From positions 4,959,775-5,023,774 of the forward strand of contig CP070758.1 in NCBI GenBank assembly GCA_020348925.1: DNA of 64,000 bases. The letters are read 5' to 3'. How positions within the stretch are numbered: position 1 is the stretch's first letter; every line of letters begins with the position of its first letter. The notes under the pieces were generated by a model, which saw only the letters and a list, made by a program, of their open reading frames with translations, was not told where the DNA came from and made no database searches. This document shows positions 9,934-20,232 of the stretch, one piece after another. The translations under genes and the position numbers were made by a program. This DNA comes from Gemmatimonadota bacterium. GTDB lineage: Bacteria > JBHIER01 > G020348925.

Positions 9934-11253
9934 CTATACCGGATGATCCTCTCGAAAACGCTTGAGCCGTCGAGCGAGCACCTCGAATTTCTCCTCGCCG
10001 GTAAGAGATGTGCAGACCCTCAAACCCTCAAGGCGGGTGCTCCCCGTAATCTCCAACGTCGTTGCACTGAGCCCGTAATAGACCAGCTCCTTGAGCAGCT
10101 CACCTCCGGAGAACCCCGGATAGGAGACCGTGAAATAGAATCCGTCCGCCAAGGGCTTTTCAAGATCCATATCATAGACGAGTTGAAATCCATTCTCCTT
10201 GAACGCTTTTCTCATCAATGCGGCTCTTCGCCCGTACTCTTTTAGGGGCTCCACGAAATTCAACGTGCCTGAACCGGCCGCCTCAAACATGGCCGCCAGA
10301 GCATGCTGCGGTCCCTGCGGGACACTGGATGTCGTGGGATACATTCCCCCCTGAACGAAGGCCTCAAGGACTCGCTTCGATCCAAAATGCTCCCGAAGAT
10401 CATCATACTCTTTATGAATGAATTTTGGTGAAATAATGGTGACTGCAGCCCGCTGTCCCGCATAGCTAAATATTTTCGAGGCACTAATGAGAACAAAGGC
10501 GTTGTCGGCATACCGGGCGATGGTCGGAGGATACGGCTCCTCTCCCGGCTTGCTGTAATCCTGCCGAAAATCCATACAGAGGTAGGCCACGTCCTCAATG
10601 GCCACAACGTCATACTCGTTGAATAAATTTCCCATCTCCTGCAATTCATCATCCGTAAAAACAATCCACGTTGGATTGTTGGGACTGTTCCACATCACTC
10701 CGCCGATGTCCCCTTTCTTGAGTCTTTTCTGTATTCTGTCGATCAGTTTCGACCCGCGCGTCTCATAGAAATCAATTGAATCCGTCTTCAAGCCGAGGAA
10801 ACGAGTCTGGCTCTTGTTCACAGAAAATCCGGGATCAATATACAGGATCGTATCTTTCTTCTTTCTCATCCTGCCGGCAACGGCTTGGCTCAGAAATCCT
10901 CCCTGCATATTCCCCACAGTCGGGACGCAGCACTCCGGCCCGACATCGAGATCGAGAAATTTCTTGACAAAGGTCGCTGCTGCCTGTTTCAGACGGGCAA
11001 TACCGTCAAAGGGAGCGTATTGAGAGGCAATACCCTCTCTCGTTAAAGCATGAACTTCGGCCTGTATGCCAATCTCATTGGCCGGAAGCCCGGGGATACC
11101 GAATTCCATGCGGATAAATTCGACACCCAACTCCTGTTCAATCGCGTTCACCACACGATTGGCATCACGGATGGAAGCACTTCGAAAATCGACACGGTTC
11201 TCCCGCACAATACGATCGACGACATCGCGGTCAAAGGGAACATCACCTTTCAT
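9934..11253 (-). CDS. PLP-dependent class I/II aminotransferase
   Basis: NSPNNPTW, EDVAY, SASKIFSYAGQR (PLP lysine). Overlaps the 3' end of the LeuA-like gene; alternative start at 11280. Confidence 0.85.
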   Translation of the reverse strand: MKGDVPFDRDVVDRIVRENRVDFRSASIRDANRVVNAIEQELGVEFIRMEFGIPGLPANEIGIQAEVHALTREGIASQYAPFDGIARLKQAAATFVKKFLDLDVGPECCVPTVGNMQGGFLSQAVAGRMRKKKDTILYIDPGFSVNKSQTRFLGLKTDSIDFYETRGSKLIDRIQKRLKKGDIGGVMWNSPNNPTWIVFTDDELQEMGNLFNEYDVVAIEDVAYLCMDFRQDYSKPGEEPYPPTIARYADNAFVLISASKIFSYAGQRAAVTIISPKFIHKEYDDLREHFGSKRVLEAFVQGGMYPTTSSVPQGPQHALAAMFEAAGSGTLNFVEPLKEYGRRAALMRKAFKENGFQLVYDMDLEKPLADGFYFTVSYPGFSGGELLKELVYYGLSATTLEITGSTRLEGLRVCTSLTGEEKFEVLARRLKRFREDHPV

Positions 11254-12499
11254 TTTGGGCTTCCTTTCCCGATTGGACAATGGCCGTTATCTCATCATCC
11301 GTTAAGACAAAATTGGCATGCTTGGCTGCATCAAATATTCGGTTCACCAAGGTTCCCTCCGGCTCAATGTTGTGCTGTTCCAGCCAATATATAACATTTG
11401 ATTCTCCACTCATTGGTCCGATCTCAATTTTCTGTTTCAGCCCGAAAGCACCCGCCGGCACACCGGAATAGACCCTGTCAGCAAGCCAGGCGTCCCCCTT
11501 TTTCTGTGCCTTTATCACCGCCGCAGCGTGAACGCCTGTGGCGGTCCGAAAAGCATCTTCACCGACGACCGGATAGTTCTTGGGCAGAGGTACGTGACAG
11601 GCTTCGGCAACAAGCCTGCAGTATTCCGATAGTTTCGTCAGATCCTGATCGATCCAGCCCAGCAGCCTGAAATTGACCAAAAGCAAATCCATGGGGGTGT
11701 TGCCCACTCGCTCGCCGATGCCGAGAGCGGTCCCATGGACACGATCAGCCCCGGCAGCCACAGCCGCAATCGTATTCGGTACGGACAACCCTCTGTCTCT
11801 GTGCCCATGCCAATCGATTTTTACGTCCTCACCTGTCTCAGCCACAACCTCTCTGACGTATGAAATGAGCCGGCCCACCCCTTCAGGAATGGCATGACCG
11901 ACGGTATCGCAGACACAGATCCGTCTGGCACCGCATTCAATAGCCGTGGTATACAGTTTTTTGACCGTTTCCGGTGTGGCGCGGGTCGTATCCTCGGTTA
12001 CGTACATCACCGGCAAGTCGTGACCGACCACGTAGGTTACTGCCTCCTCGGTGTGTTTGAGCATTCTATCAAGCGTCCATCCTTCTGCGTATTGCCGGAT
12101 GGGGCTCGATCCGATGAAAACCGATGCCTCGATGGGAAGACTTAATTTCTGGGAAATACTGATGATCGGATCAATGTCAACCTTCAGGGTACGGGCAGCG
12201 CAGTTTGCTTCAATGTTCAGTTTGGCCTGTGCGATCTCCTGGGCCAAAGCCGTCACATGTTCGACAGCCCTCGGTCCCGCCCCAGGCAGCCCGATATCCG
12301 CGCTGTGGATGCCCAGCTCGTCCATGAGATGCAGGATACGTATCTTCTCATCAATAGTCGGATCCTTCACCGACGGCGATTGAATTCCATCACGCAAGGT
12401 CTCATCATCAAACTCAATCACCCCTCCCGGTTTCCACCCCTCTGCAATTTCATTCCAATCGAAAATGAGCTCTTTTTCCTCGAGATTTTTCATACTCAT
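11243..12499 (-). CDS. LeuA-family (DRE-TIM) acetyl-CoA condensing synthase lacking the C-terminal allosteric domain
   Basis: DETLRDGIQ, CDTVG, HGHRDRG, GIGERVGN, GVHA. Only 418 aa. Could be an isopropylmalate, homocitrate or Re-citrate-type synthase. Confidence 0.85.
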   Translation of the reverse strand: MSMKNLEEKELIFDWNEIAEGWKPGGVIEFDDETLRDGIQSPSVKDPTIDEKIRILHLMDELGIHSADIGLPGAGPRAVEHVTALAQEIAQAKLNIEANCAARTLKVDIDPIISISQKLSLPIEASVFIGSSPIRQYAEGWTLDRMLKHTEEAVTYVVGHDLPVMYVTEDTTRATPETVKKLYTTAIECGARRICVCDTVGHAIPEGVGRLISYVREVVAETGEDVKIDWHGHRDRGLSVPNTIAAVAAGADRVHGTALGIGERVGNTPMDLLLVNFRLLGWIDQDLTKLSEYCRLVAEACHVPLPKNYPVVGEDAFRTATGVHAAAVIKAQKKGDAWLADRVYSGVPAGAFGLKQKIEIGPMSGESNVIYWLEQHNIEPEGTLVNRIFDAAKHANFVLTDDEITAIVQSGKEAQNER

Positions 12500-13386
12500 C
12501 TCACCTTTTCAAGCAGTTCTTCCCATGTTTCATCCACATTGTGCTGAATTTGGTCGATCTCCGCCTGCGTTAGATGTCGAAACCGACCTTGAAGTTTCAG
12601 ATACTCTTTCACGGCAATCGGACCCGGATCTAAGGTAATCGTATACCTTTTTCCGTACTCAATCTCATAAAGAGGGTAGATCCTGGACTCCACGGCCAGC
12701 CGGGCCACCTTCACAGAAATATCGGAGGGCGTTTTCCATCCGCTGGGACACGGTGAAAAGACCTGAACATATCGAGTTCCGAAAATCGCCTTGGCCTTCT
12801 TCAGCTTGTTCACATAGTCTTCGGGAAAGGCCACCGATGCTGAGGCTGCATAGGGGATCTTGTGCGCGGCCATGATGGCCATCATATCTTTCTTGGGTCG
12901 ATCTTTGGGATGATCGTAGGGCGTCGTTCCGGTCCAAGCCCCCCAGGGAGTTGCAGAACTCCTTTGAATACCTGTATTCATATAAGCCTCGTTATCATAA
13001 CACACGTACAAAATATTTTCGTTCCGTTCCGCCGCAGCGGATAAAGCCTGCAATCCAATGTCAAAGGTGGCTCCATCACCACCCCATGCCAGGACGGTGA
13101 CATTATCAACGCCTCGCACATCGAGCCCGGCTCGCACCCCCACTGCCGCCGAGGCCGTCGTCTCAAAAGCGGTATGAAGAAAGGGCACCATGGACGAGGA
13201 ATGGGGAAACATCCCATCAACCACAGCCGAGCAGCCGGCCGGAACGACGAGGATCGTCCTCTTCCCCAGGGCCTTGAGGGCCAGTCTCATGGCCAGTTTC
13301 TCCCCACAGCCCGGACAGGCCAAGTGGCCGCATGAGAGCCATTCCTGCTCAGGAATCCTCCCCTCTATCTTTTGATATCCAACCAC
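12496..13386 (-). CDS. 2-oxoacid:ferredoxin oxidoreductase beta subunit (POR/VOR type)
   Basis: ACPGCG, GGDGATFDIG (TPP binding), YDNEAYMNTGIQRS, SPCPSGW. Confidence 0.9.
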   Translation of the reverse strand: MVGYQKIEGRIPEQEWLSCGHLACPGCGEKLAMRLALKALGKRTILVVPAGCSAVVDGMFPHSSSMVPFLHTAFETTASAAVGVRAGLDVRGVDNVTVLAWGGDGATFDIGLQALSAAAERNENILYVCYDNEAYMNTGIQRSSATPWGAWTGTTPYDHPKDRPKKDMMAIMAAHKIPYAASASVAFPEDYVNKLKKAKAIFGTRYVQVFSPCPSGWKTPSDISVKVARLAVESRIYPLYEIEYGKRYTITLDPGPIAVKEYLKLQGRFRHLTQAEIDQIQHNVDETWEELLEKVR

Positions 13387-14519
13387 AGGACCGGTTCCTC
13401 CGGCTCATCATGAGTATTCATATATTCGAAGGCTCTACGAATCGTTGCCATGGTCACGTCTCTCCCCCCCAAACCGGCTATAAAACCGAAAAGGAGTGGC
13501 CGCTCCTTCTCGGTGTATAACACAGATTTTATCTCTTGAAAAATGATACCGGTCTGTCCGAAGGAGATGTTTCGATCGATGACACCAACTTTATGCACGC
13601 CTCCGAAGGCCTGCCGGATCTCTTCAACTGGAAAGGGTCGAAAGATACGAATCCTTGCGGCCCCGACACTGTAACCCTCATCCCTGAGTTCATCGACAAC
13701 GCACCGTGCCGTACCCGCCATTGTTCCCGACGAAACGATAAGCGTCCCGGCATCCTCTATTCGATAGAACTCTAAGGGATTATAACTCCGCCCGAAAGTT
13801 TCTTTAAACTCAAGAGCGGCTTTATTCACTACGCCCCTCGCCTCCTCCATCGTCTTCTGAATCTTGTACCGCATCTCTGCGTAGTACTGGGGAACGGTCC
13901 CTCCATAAAACGTGTGAGGATCATCGACGTCCAAGGTATAGGGTGCCTCTCGCCGGGGCAAATAGGTATCGACGTCCTTTTGATCCGGAATATCGACCGG
14001 CTCTGAGGTGTGGGAGAGGAAGAATCCGTCCATCATAATCATACTCGGCAGCTGGATCTCCTCCGAGATTCGGTACGCCTGAATGACCGAATCGAGAACC
14101 TCCTGATTGCTCTCGCAATAGAACTGCAGCCAGCCTGTATCCCGTTGGGCCAGACTGTCATTGTGATCACACCAGACGGTCCAGGGCGCGGCCATGGCCC
14201 GATTCACGTTGACCAAGACGATAGGAAGCCTAGCTCCCACGGTCCAGTGGAGCAGCTCATGCATGAGGGCTAGCCCCTGGGCCGACGTCGCCGTAAAAAC
14301 ACGAGCGCCGGCAGCAGACGCACCGATACAACTGGCCATGGCCGAATGCTCCGACTCAACCTTGATAAAACGCGCCTTCAGCTCCCCGCTGGCGTTCCAT
14401 TCGGAAAGTTTCTCAACGACGCTTGTCTGCGGAGTGATGGGGTAGGCTGCGATCACCTCCACTCTCGATAACTTGACAGCCTGAGAGACAGTATAATTAC
14501 CAGTCAGTATTTTCTTCAC
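13365..14519 (-). CDS. 2-oxoacid:ferredoxin oxidoreductase alpha subunit (POR/VOR type)
   Basis: AYPITPQT, VESEHSA, TATSAQGLALMHE, DGFFLSHT, GLGGRD. Confidence 0.9.
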   Translation of the reverse strand: MKKILTGNYTVSQAVKLSRVEVIAAYPITPQTSVVEKLSEWNASGELKARFIKVESEHSAMASCIGASAAGARVFTATSAQGLALMHELLHWTVGARLPIVLVNVNRAMAAPWTVWCDHNDSLAQRDTGWLQFYCESNQEVLDSVIQAYRISEEIQLPSMIMMDGFFLSHTSEPVDIPDQKDVDTYLPRREAPYTLDVDDPHTFYGGTVPQYYAEMRYKIQKTMEEARGVVNKAALEFKETFGRSYNPLEFYRIEDAGTLIVSSGTMAGTARCVVDELRDEGYSVGAARIRIFRPFPVEEIRQAFGGVHKVGVIDRNISFGQTGIIFQEIKSVLYTEKERPLLFGFIAGLGGRDVTMATIRRAFEYMNTHDEPEEPVLWLDIKR

Positions 14520-14578
14520 ATCGAGACTCTGATTCGCCCTAAGTCGGTGCTCTATCCTTCCTTCAAATCGAGTTAAAT

Positions 14579-15124
14579 CTAATGTTTTTTAACTATGCTT
14601 CCAAGTTGAAAACCCACATCGACGGCCTTTTTGTTTGCCTCCAGATGCCTCCCATCAAGCGTCTTGTCAAGAGCCAGCTTCAGAGAGTCCGGGGTGACAA
14701 TCCCGGTAACACTGACGACAGCGGCCAGGAGTACCGTATTGGCTACCAATCGGTTATCAAAAATCTGAAGGGCCCTTTGGGTTGCCGGAACGGGAAAATG
14801 GGAAAGGGCAATCTGCGGATTGGGTGTGACCAGTTCCTCATCATGAAAGATGACGCCATGCTCCGGAACGACATCACAGCAATATTTATTGTAGGCCGGC
14901 TGGGACATGGCGATCAGGATGTCGGCCTTCAGTACATGGGGATAATCGATCCAACCGTCAGAGATGACGACTTCGGACTTGCAGGCGGAGCCCCGGGCTT
15001 CCGCCCCATAGGATGATGACTGGGCCGCATATTTGCCGTCAAGTATGCCTGCGTGGCCAAGAATGACCCCGGCCAAAACGATCCCCTGACCCCCGAAACC
15101 GCATATGCGTACCTGCTTTATCAT
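14579..15124 (-). CDS. 2-oxoacid:ferredoxin oxidoreductase gamma subunit
   Basis: GFGGQG, YGAEARGSA. Confidence 0.9.
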   Translation of the reverse strand: MIKQVRICGFGGQGIVLAGVILGHAGILDGKYAAQSSSYGAEARGSACKSEVVISDGWIDYPHVLKADILIAMSQPAYNKYCCDVVPEHGVIFHDEELVTPNPQIALSHFPVPATQRALQIFDNRLVANTVLLAAVVSVTGIVTPDSLKLALDKTLDGRHLEANKKAVDVGFQLGSIVKKH

Positions 15125-15882
15125 GACGTCACAAATTCTCCGGTTACGATCTTATACTTCAACTCCTCAGAACCCATCGTTTCTGCTTTCTGTCTGCTGA
15201 CACAGTCCTCCTTCAGCGTCTGAAGCATCTCAAAGGCCGTGCCAGAAACATTGCGCCGGCCGAACTGGGTCGGGCAGGGCGAGAGGACCTCGATGAAGGA
15301 CAATCCTGTATGCTCCAGTCCTCTCTGAATCGACCGAATAAGCGGCTTCACCTGATGAACCGAATACCGGGAAACATACGTCCCGCCAGCGGCTTCCACG
15401 AGTTTACATAAGTCAAAGGGCCGTTCCCTGTTTCCGTCAGGTGTGGTTGAGGTTCGCATGCCCAAAGGGGTCGATGCCGCGACCTGACCCCCGGTCATGC
15501 CGTAAATACCGTTGTTGGCACAAATGATGGTGAGATCGATATCCCTTCTGGCAGCGTGAATGAGATGATTCCCCCCTATGGAAGCGATGTCACCGTCGCC
15601 GCTGATGACAACGACCTTGAGGGAAGGCTTGAACAACTTCGCTCCGGTGGCGAAGGCAACCGGTCTCCCATGGGTCACGTGGAGTGTGTCGGCCGCAAAA
15701 TGGGGGCTCGGAATCCAAGCTCCGCAACCGATCCCGGAGACAAAGAGCATGCCGTCCATATCGTATCCCAGTTCATCAATGGCCCGTAGGATCGCTCCCA
15801 TGAGTATACCGTGGCCGCACCCCGAACAGAACGGTGTCGGAAATACTTCTGTTCGTAGATATTTGTAAAGATGTTTACTCAT
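15121..15882 (-). CDS. korB: 2-oxoacid (2-oxoglutarate-type):ferredoxin oxidoreductase beta subunit
   Basis: FCSGCGHG, SGIGC, HGRP, GDGD, NNGIYGMTGGQ, SPCPT. Confidence 0.8.
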   Translation of the reverse strand: MSKHLYKYLRTEVFPTPFCSGCGHGILMGAILRAIDELGYDMDGMLFVSGIGCGAWIPSPHFAADTLHVTHGRPVAFATGAKLFKPSLKVVVISGDGDIASIGGNHLIHAARRDIDLTIICANNGIYGMTGGQVAASTPLGMRTSTTPDGNRERPFDLCKLVEAAGGTYVSRYSVHQVKPLIRSIQRGLEHTGLSFIEVLSPCPTQFGRRNVSGTAFEMLQTLKEDCVSRQKAETMGSEELKYKIVTGEFVTS

Positions 15883-17036
15883 GGTTGTGTCACCGCTCGT
15901 TCTCTCACAAACTCAATGATCTTGGTCGGCTTCATCGTCTCTCCGTTCGTCTGGGGAAGAGAGATGACATCTCTGTCCAGAAGCCGCTCGATCTCCCGAC
16001 AGATCTGGCCCTGATTCAACTCGGGCACAACCACCTCTTTACATTTTTGAGCCGACTCAACAACGACTCTCTCAGGAAACGGCCATATCGTCCTGAGACG
16101 TAAAAGACCCACTTTTTGACCTTCGTCCCGCAGAACTTTGGCTGCGCTTAAGGCCGCCCGGGCCGTTATACCATAGGCTACGAGCAGTACATCCGGTCCA
16201 TCGTCCAGGAAGTACGAGTCCGTATCCACAATCTCATCCGCCCGGTTTCGAATTTTGCCGACGAGCCGGGACACCAACCGTTCGTGCACTTCTGAAACCT
16301 GGGTTTTCCGATAGCCGAACGGATCATGGGTCGATCCAGTGACCAGGAGTTTTTCCCCGTCGCCAAAACAGGGCATGGGAGGAACACCGCCGGGCTCGTC
16401 CGTATGAAAAGGCGGCTGTCCGGGAGCCTTGTCCCGCTCAAAGACGGTCACTTCCTGTTCAACGGTTACGTTTTCCCGAAGATGGCCCACACCCTCATCG
16501 GACAGGACGAAGACAGGAACCCGGAACCGTTCGGCCAGATTGAAGGCTCTGATCGTCATATCGTAGATTTCCTGAACAGACCATGGTGACAGGGCAATGA
16601 TCTCGTAGTCACCGTGAGAGCCATATTTCACCTGAAGCATATCGCCGGAGCCAGGTCTCGTGGCCTGACCTGTTGACGGACCGGCCCTCTGAATGTCGAC
16701 GATGACAAGGGGCGTCTCCGTCATTGCCGCGTAGCCGATGTTCTCCATCATCAGGCTCAAACCCGGTCCTGAAGTGGAGGTCATAGGTTTCGCACCGGCC
16801 CAAGATGCGCCGATCATGGCCGCGATGGATCCGATTTCATCCTCCATTTGAACGAAAACACCATCACAATCCTTGAAGCGCCGGACAATGTGCTCCATCA
16901 CCTCGCTGGCCGGGGTGATGGGATAACCGGCGAAGAACCGGCAGCCGGCAGCCACAGCACCTTCGGCGCAGGCTTCGTCACCCTGGAGAAAATACTGGCC
17001 GGGTGGCGTGACCCCTCTTATCTTTCGATAGCCCAT
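15879..17036 (-). CDS. korA: 2-oxoacid (2-oxoglutarate-type):ferredoxin oxidoreductase alpha subunit
   Basis: AGYPITPASE, QMEDEIGS, TSGPGLSLM, QRAGPSTG, GSHGD. Confidence 0.8.
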   Translation of the reverse strand: MGYRKIRGVTPPGQYFLQGDEACAEGAVAAGCRFFAGYPITPASEVMEHIVRRFKDCDGVFVQMEDEIGSIAAMIGASWAGAKPMTSTSGPGLSLMMENIGYAAMTETPLVIVDIQRAGPSTGQATRPGSGDMLQVKYGSHGDYEIIALSPWSVQEIYDMTIRAFNLAERFRVPVFVLSDEGVGHLRENVTVEQEVTVFERDKAPGQPPFHTDEPGGVPPMPCFGDGEKLLVTGSTHDPFGYRKTQVSEVHERLVSRLVGKIRNRADEIVDTDSYFLDDGPDVLLVAYGITARAALSAAKVLRDEGQKVGLLRLRTIWPFPERVVVESAQKCKEVVVPELNQGQICREIERLLDRDVISLPQTNGETMKPTKIIEFVRERAVTQP

Positions 17037-17063
17037 CTTTTTTTCTGTTCCTTACATAACACA

Positions 17064-17194
17064 TGTCATTGCAAGCGACATAAAGGAGCGAAGCAACCTC
17101 TCGAAGTGAATGAGACTCCTTCACTCTCCAGCTCGGAATGACGGAAGATGGAATGAGATTGCCGCGTTCCGATAAACCGGAACTCGCAATGACA
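17064..17194. repeat. GTCATT...AATGAC palindromic (REP-like) element, copy 1
   Basis: TGTCATTGCAAGCG...GAAGCAACCTC...GAGATTGCCGCG...CTCGCAATGACA, with a nested partial right arm ending GGAATGAC at about 17142. Confidence 0.75.
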
Positions 17195-17258
17195 AACTCC
17201 TTCGGAATAATTTTTAAACACGCAATCCCTGAGCAGGTTTTCAAAATCTCCGACTTTT

Positions 17259-17483
17259 CTACTTTTCGACCTTTTCGACTGTTATCGCCAGATCAGGACA
17301 CATCAGTTCGCACATGATGCAGCCGGTGCAATCTTCTATCTTCTCCACGATGATGGGACGGAATCCTTTGTCGGATACATCCGTTGCATAACCCAAAACA
17401 CCCCGCGAGCAGATCTCAACGCAAATCTGACATCCCTTGCACCAGGCTTGATTGATTTCAATGTGTGCCACCAAAGATCTCAT
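17259..17483 (-). CDS. 2[4Fe-4S] ferredoxin / oxidoreductase delta subunit
   Basis: CKGCQICVEIC and CTGCIMCELMCPD. Confidence 0.88.
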   Translation of the reverse strand: MRSLVAHIEINQAWCKGCQICVEICSRGVLGYATDVSDKGFRPIIVEKIEDCTGCIMCELMCPDLAITVEKVEK

Positions 17484-17514
17484 CCCTCTTTTCCCCAATA
17501 TTCCCTTGTCTCCC

Positions 17515-18297
17515 TCATTTTCCCCTAAACTCAGGTTTGCGCTTTTCCAGAAAAGCCTTCGTCCCTTCAGCCATATCATCCGTGGTGCACACGGCACCGA
17601 ACTGGAGTGACTCAAAGGTGCAGCCCGATTTCAGATCGGTCTCCAGCCCATAATAGACACACTTCTTGATCAGAGCAAGGGCGATCGGCGCCAGATTGGC
17701 CATCGCCTTGGCCAAACCCTTCGCTTCATCCATGAGACTGTCGTGGGGCACCACCTTGTCCACGAGCCCGATTTGGAGCGCCTCTTCGGCCTTGATCATC
17801 TTTCCCGTCAAGAGTATCTCGAGCGCTTTCCCCTTACCCACCAGGCGAGGCAGACGCTGCGTACCGCCGTAGCCGGGAATAATGCCCAGTGTGATTTCGG
17901 GCTGACCCAGCTTCGCTTTGTCGGAGGCGAGCCGGATATCGCCGGCCATGGCCAGTTCGCACCCGCCGCCGAGGGCAAAGCCGTTGATGGCCATGATGAC
18001 GGGCTTGTTCATGTTGGCGATGTTGAACATGAGCACCTGACCCCGTTCGCTCTTGGCAACACCCTGGAGCGCGTTCAAGGTCGACAGCTCCTTTATATCC
18101 GCCCCGGCGACGAAAGCCTTATCCCCTGCGCCTGTGACCACGATAACTCTGATCTCTTGGTCACTCTCAAGTTCATCAAAGGCAGCCCTCATCTCGGCGA
18201 TGACGTCGTCGTTCAAGGCGTTCATCTTGTCCGGACGGTTGATCGTCAGCACGGCGACGTGTTCCTCTCGATCAATGAGTATATTCTTATAATCCAT
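17515..18297 (-). CDS. crt: Enoyl-CoA hydratase (crotonase family)
   Basis: NRPDKMNALN, AFVAGADI, ALGGGCE, GQPEITLGIIPGYGGTQRLPR. Confidence 0.85.
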   Translation of the reverse strand: MDYKNILIDREEHVAVLTINRPDKMNALNDDVIAEMRAAFDELESDQEIRVIVVTGAGDKAFVAGADIKELSTLNALQGVAKSERGQVLMFNIANMNKPVIMAINGFALGGGCELAMAGDIRLASDKAKLGQPEITLGIIPGYGGTQRLPRLVGKGKALEILLTGKMIKAEEALQIGLVDKVVPHDSLMDEAKGLAKAMANLAPIALALIKKCVYYGLETDLKSGCTFESLQFGAVCTTDDMAEGTKAFLEKRKPEFRGK

Positions 18298-18348
18298 CAC
18301 TAAGCTCCATCTCACTTTCTCTGTTATTGTTCGTTCATCAATACAAGA

Positions 18349-19203
18349 CTATTTCCCGTAGTCGTAAAAGCCTTTGCCCGATTTGCGGCCGTGAAATCCG
18401 GCCAATACCATCTTTCTCAAAAGCGGTGGGGCGGCATACTTGGGGTCCCGGAACTCGTCGTACATGACGTCGGCAATGAACAGGGTTGTATCGACGCCGA
18501 CGAAATCGAGCAGCTCCAGCGGCCCCATGGGCATGTTGCAGCCCAACTTCATCCCGGCATCGATATCCTCCCTGGTCGCCACGCCGGACTCATAGGCCCG
18601 AACGCCATCCAAGAGATAGGGTATGAGCAGCAGATTCACGATGAAGCCGGGCGTGTCCTTGGCCGTGATGATCTGCTTGCCCAGGGATTCGCAAAAGGCC
18701 TTGGCCGTATTATACGTCTCATCGGAGGTCACGATGCTGCGTACAATCTCCACCAGCTTCATGATCGGCACCGGATTGAAAAAGTGGAGCCCCAAAAATT
18801 TATCCGGCCGACTTGTGGCCGAGGCCATGTCAATAATGGAAATCGACGAGGTATTGCTCCCGAAAATGACCTCAGGGCGACAGAGACCATCGAGTTCTTT
18901 GAAAACCTGCTTCTTGATATCGATGTTTTCAATGATAGCCTCGATGATGAGGTCGCAGTCCTTCAAATCCACCAGCTTGACCGTTCCCGTAATTTTGTCG
19001 AGAGTGGCTTTCTTCTGCTCCTCTGTCATCTTCCCTCTTTCGATGCCTTTGGTCAGAAAGGAATCGATTTTCTTCAGGCCTTTGTCCAGCAACTCCTGAT
19101 CCGCCTCACACACGACAACATCGTAGCCGCATTGGGCCGACACCTGTGTAATACCCGATCCCATGAGTCCACATCCGATGACGCCGACTTTTTTAATTTC
19201 CAT
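18349..19203 (-). CDS. hbd: 3-hydroxyacyl-CoA dehydrogenase, paralog 2
   Basis: GCGLMGSG, IIEAIIE, SNTSS, GLHFFNPVP, PMGPL. Confidence 0.9.
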   Translation of the reverse strand: MEIKKVGVIGCGLMGSGITQVSAQCGYDVVVCEADQELLDKGLKKIDSFLTKGIERGKMTEEQKKATLDKITGTVKLVDLKDCDLIIEAIIENIDIKKQVFKELDGLCRPEVIFGSNTSSISIIDMASATSRPDKFLGLHFFNPVPIMKLVEIVRSIVTSDETYNTAKAFCESLGKQIITAKDTPGFIVNLLLIPYLLDGVRAYESGVATREDIDAGMKLGCNMPMGPLELLDFVGVDTTLFIADVMYDEFRDPKYAAPPLLRKMVLAGFHGRKSGKGFYDYGK

Positions 19204-19228
19204 AATCACCATCTCCTTTCACCATCTT

Positions 19229-19343
19229 AAATGCAAATTGAAAAATTTAGAATGCAAAATGAAAAATAAGACATTTTCTTATCAGGCCAAATACGTTTGG
19301 AACGTTAATTTTGCACTTTGCACTTTGCGCTTTTCACTTTGCA
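19229..19343. repeat. Inverted pair of degenerate 7-nt tandem arrays
   Basis: Left array AAATGCA AATTGAA AAATTTA GAATGCA AAATGAA; right array TTTTGCA CTTTGCA CTTTGCG CTTTTCA CTTTGCA. Confidence 0.8.
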
Positions 19344-19351
19344 TCTATTTA

Positions 19352-20200
19352 TCAATACTTATAAAATCCTTCCCCTGACTTCTTACCTATTTTCCCTTCG
19401 GCCACCATCTTCTTGAGCAGCTCCGGTGCGGCATATTGAGGCTGCTTGAACTCGTCGTACATGATGCCGGTAATAGAGAGGGTCGTATCGAGACCGACAA
19501 AATCGAGCAGCGTCAGCGGTCCCATGGGATAGCCGCAGCCCAGCATCATGGCGTTGTCGATGTCTTTGGGGGAAGCCACATCCGCCTCCAGAGCCCGAAT
19601 CGCATCCAGCAGGTACGGCACCAACAGCCGGTTGACCACAAAGCCCGTTGTATCCTTGCACGGCACAGCCACTTTATCCAGGGTTTTCACATACTGCATG
19701 GCCGCGTCAAAGGTCTCATCGCTGGTCGTGGCCGTCTTGACCACCTCCACCAGCTTCATCATCGGCACCGGGTTGAAGAAGTGCAGTCCGACGAACTTCT
19801 CAGGCCGTTTCGTCTCCTTGGCCATATCCGAAATCTTGAGGGAGGAGGTGTTGGACGCGAAGATCGTACTCTTCGGGCACAGTTTGTCCAGTTTTCCAAA
19901 AACCTCATTCTTGATCTTGATATCCTCGGTGATGGCCTCGATAACGATGTCGCAGTCCTTCAGGTCCTCGAGCTTCGTGGTTCCTGTCAAGTTATCGGCA
20001 ATCATACGTTTTTCAAAAACGGTGGCCTTCTTTCTGGCGATCGCTTTCGTCAGGTACTTCTGAATACTCCCCAATCCCTTGTCCAACAACTCCTGGGAGA
20101 CCTCACAGACGACTGTTTCGTACCCATTGGCAGCAGATACATGAGCTACCCCCGAGCCCATCAATCCGCAGCCCAGAATTCCGACTTTCTTGATTTCCAT
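19352..20200 (-). CDS. hbd: 3-hydroxyacyl-CoA dehydrogenase, paralog 1
   Basis: MEIKKVGILGCGLMGSG, SNTSS, GLHFFNPVP, GFVVNRLL. GGAGG RBS before the ATG at 20200. Confidence 0.9.
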   Translation of the reverse strand: MEIKKVGILGCGLMGSGVAHVSAANGYETVVCEVSQELLDKGLGSIQKYLTKAIARKKATVFEKRMIADNLTGTTKLEDLKDCDIVIEAITEDIKIKNEVFGKLDKLCPKSTIFASNTSSLKISDMAKETKRPEKFVGLHFFNPVPMMKLVEVVKTATTSDETFDAAMQYVKTLDKVAVPCKDTTGFVVNRLLVPYLLDAIRALEADVASPKDIDNAMMLGCGYPMGPLTLLDFVGLDTTLSITGIMYDEFKQPQYAAPELLKKMVAEGKIGKKSGEGFYKY

Positions 20201-20232
20201 TACATCCTCCTTTACAAGGTTTCCTTTCACTT

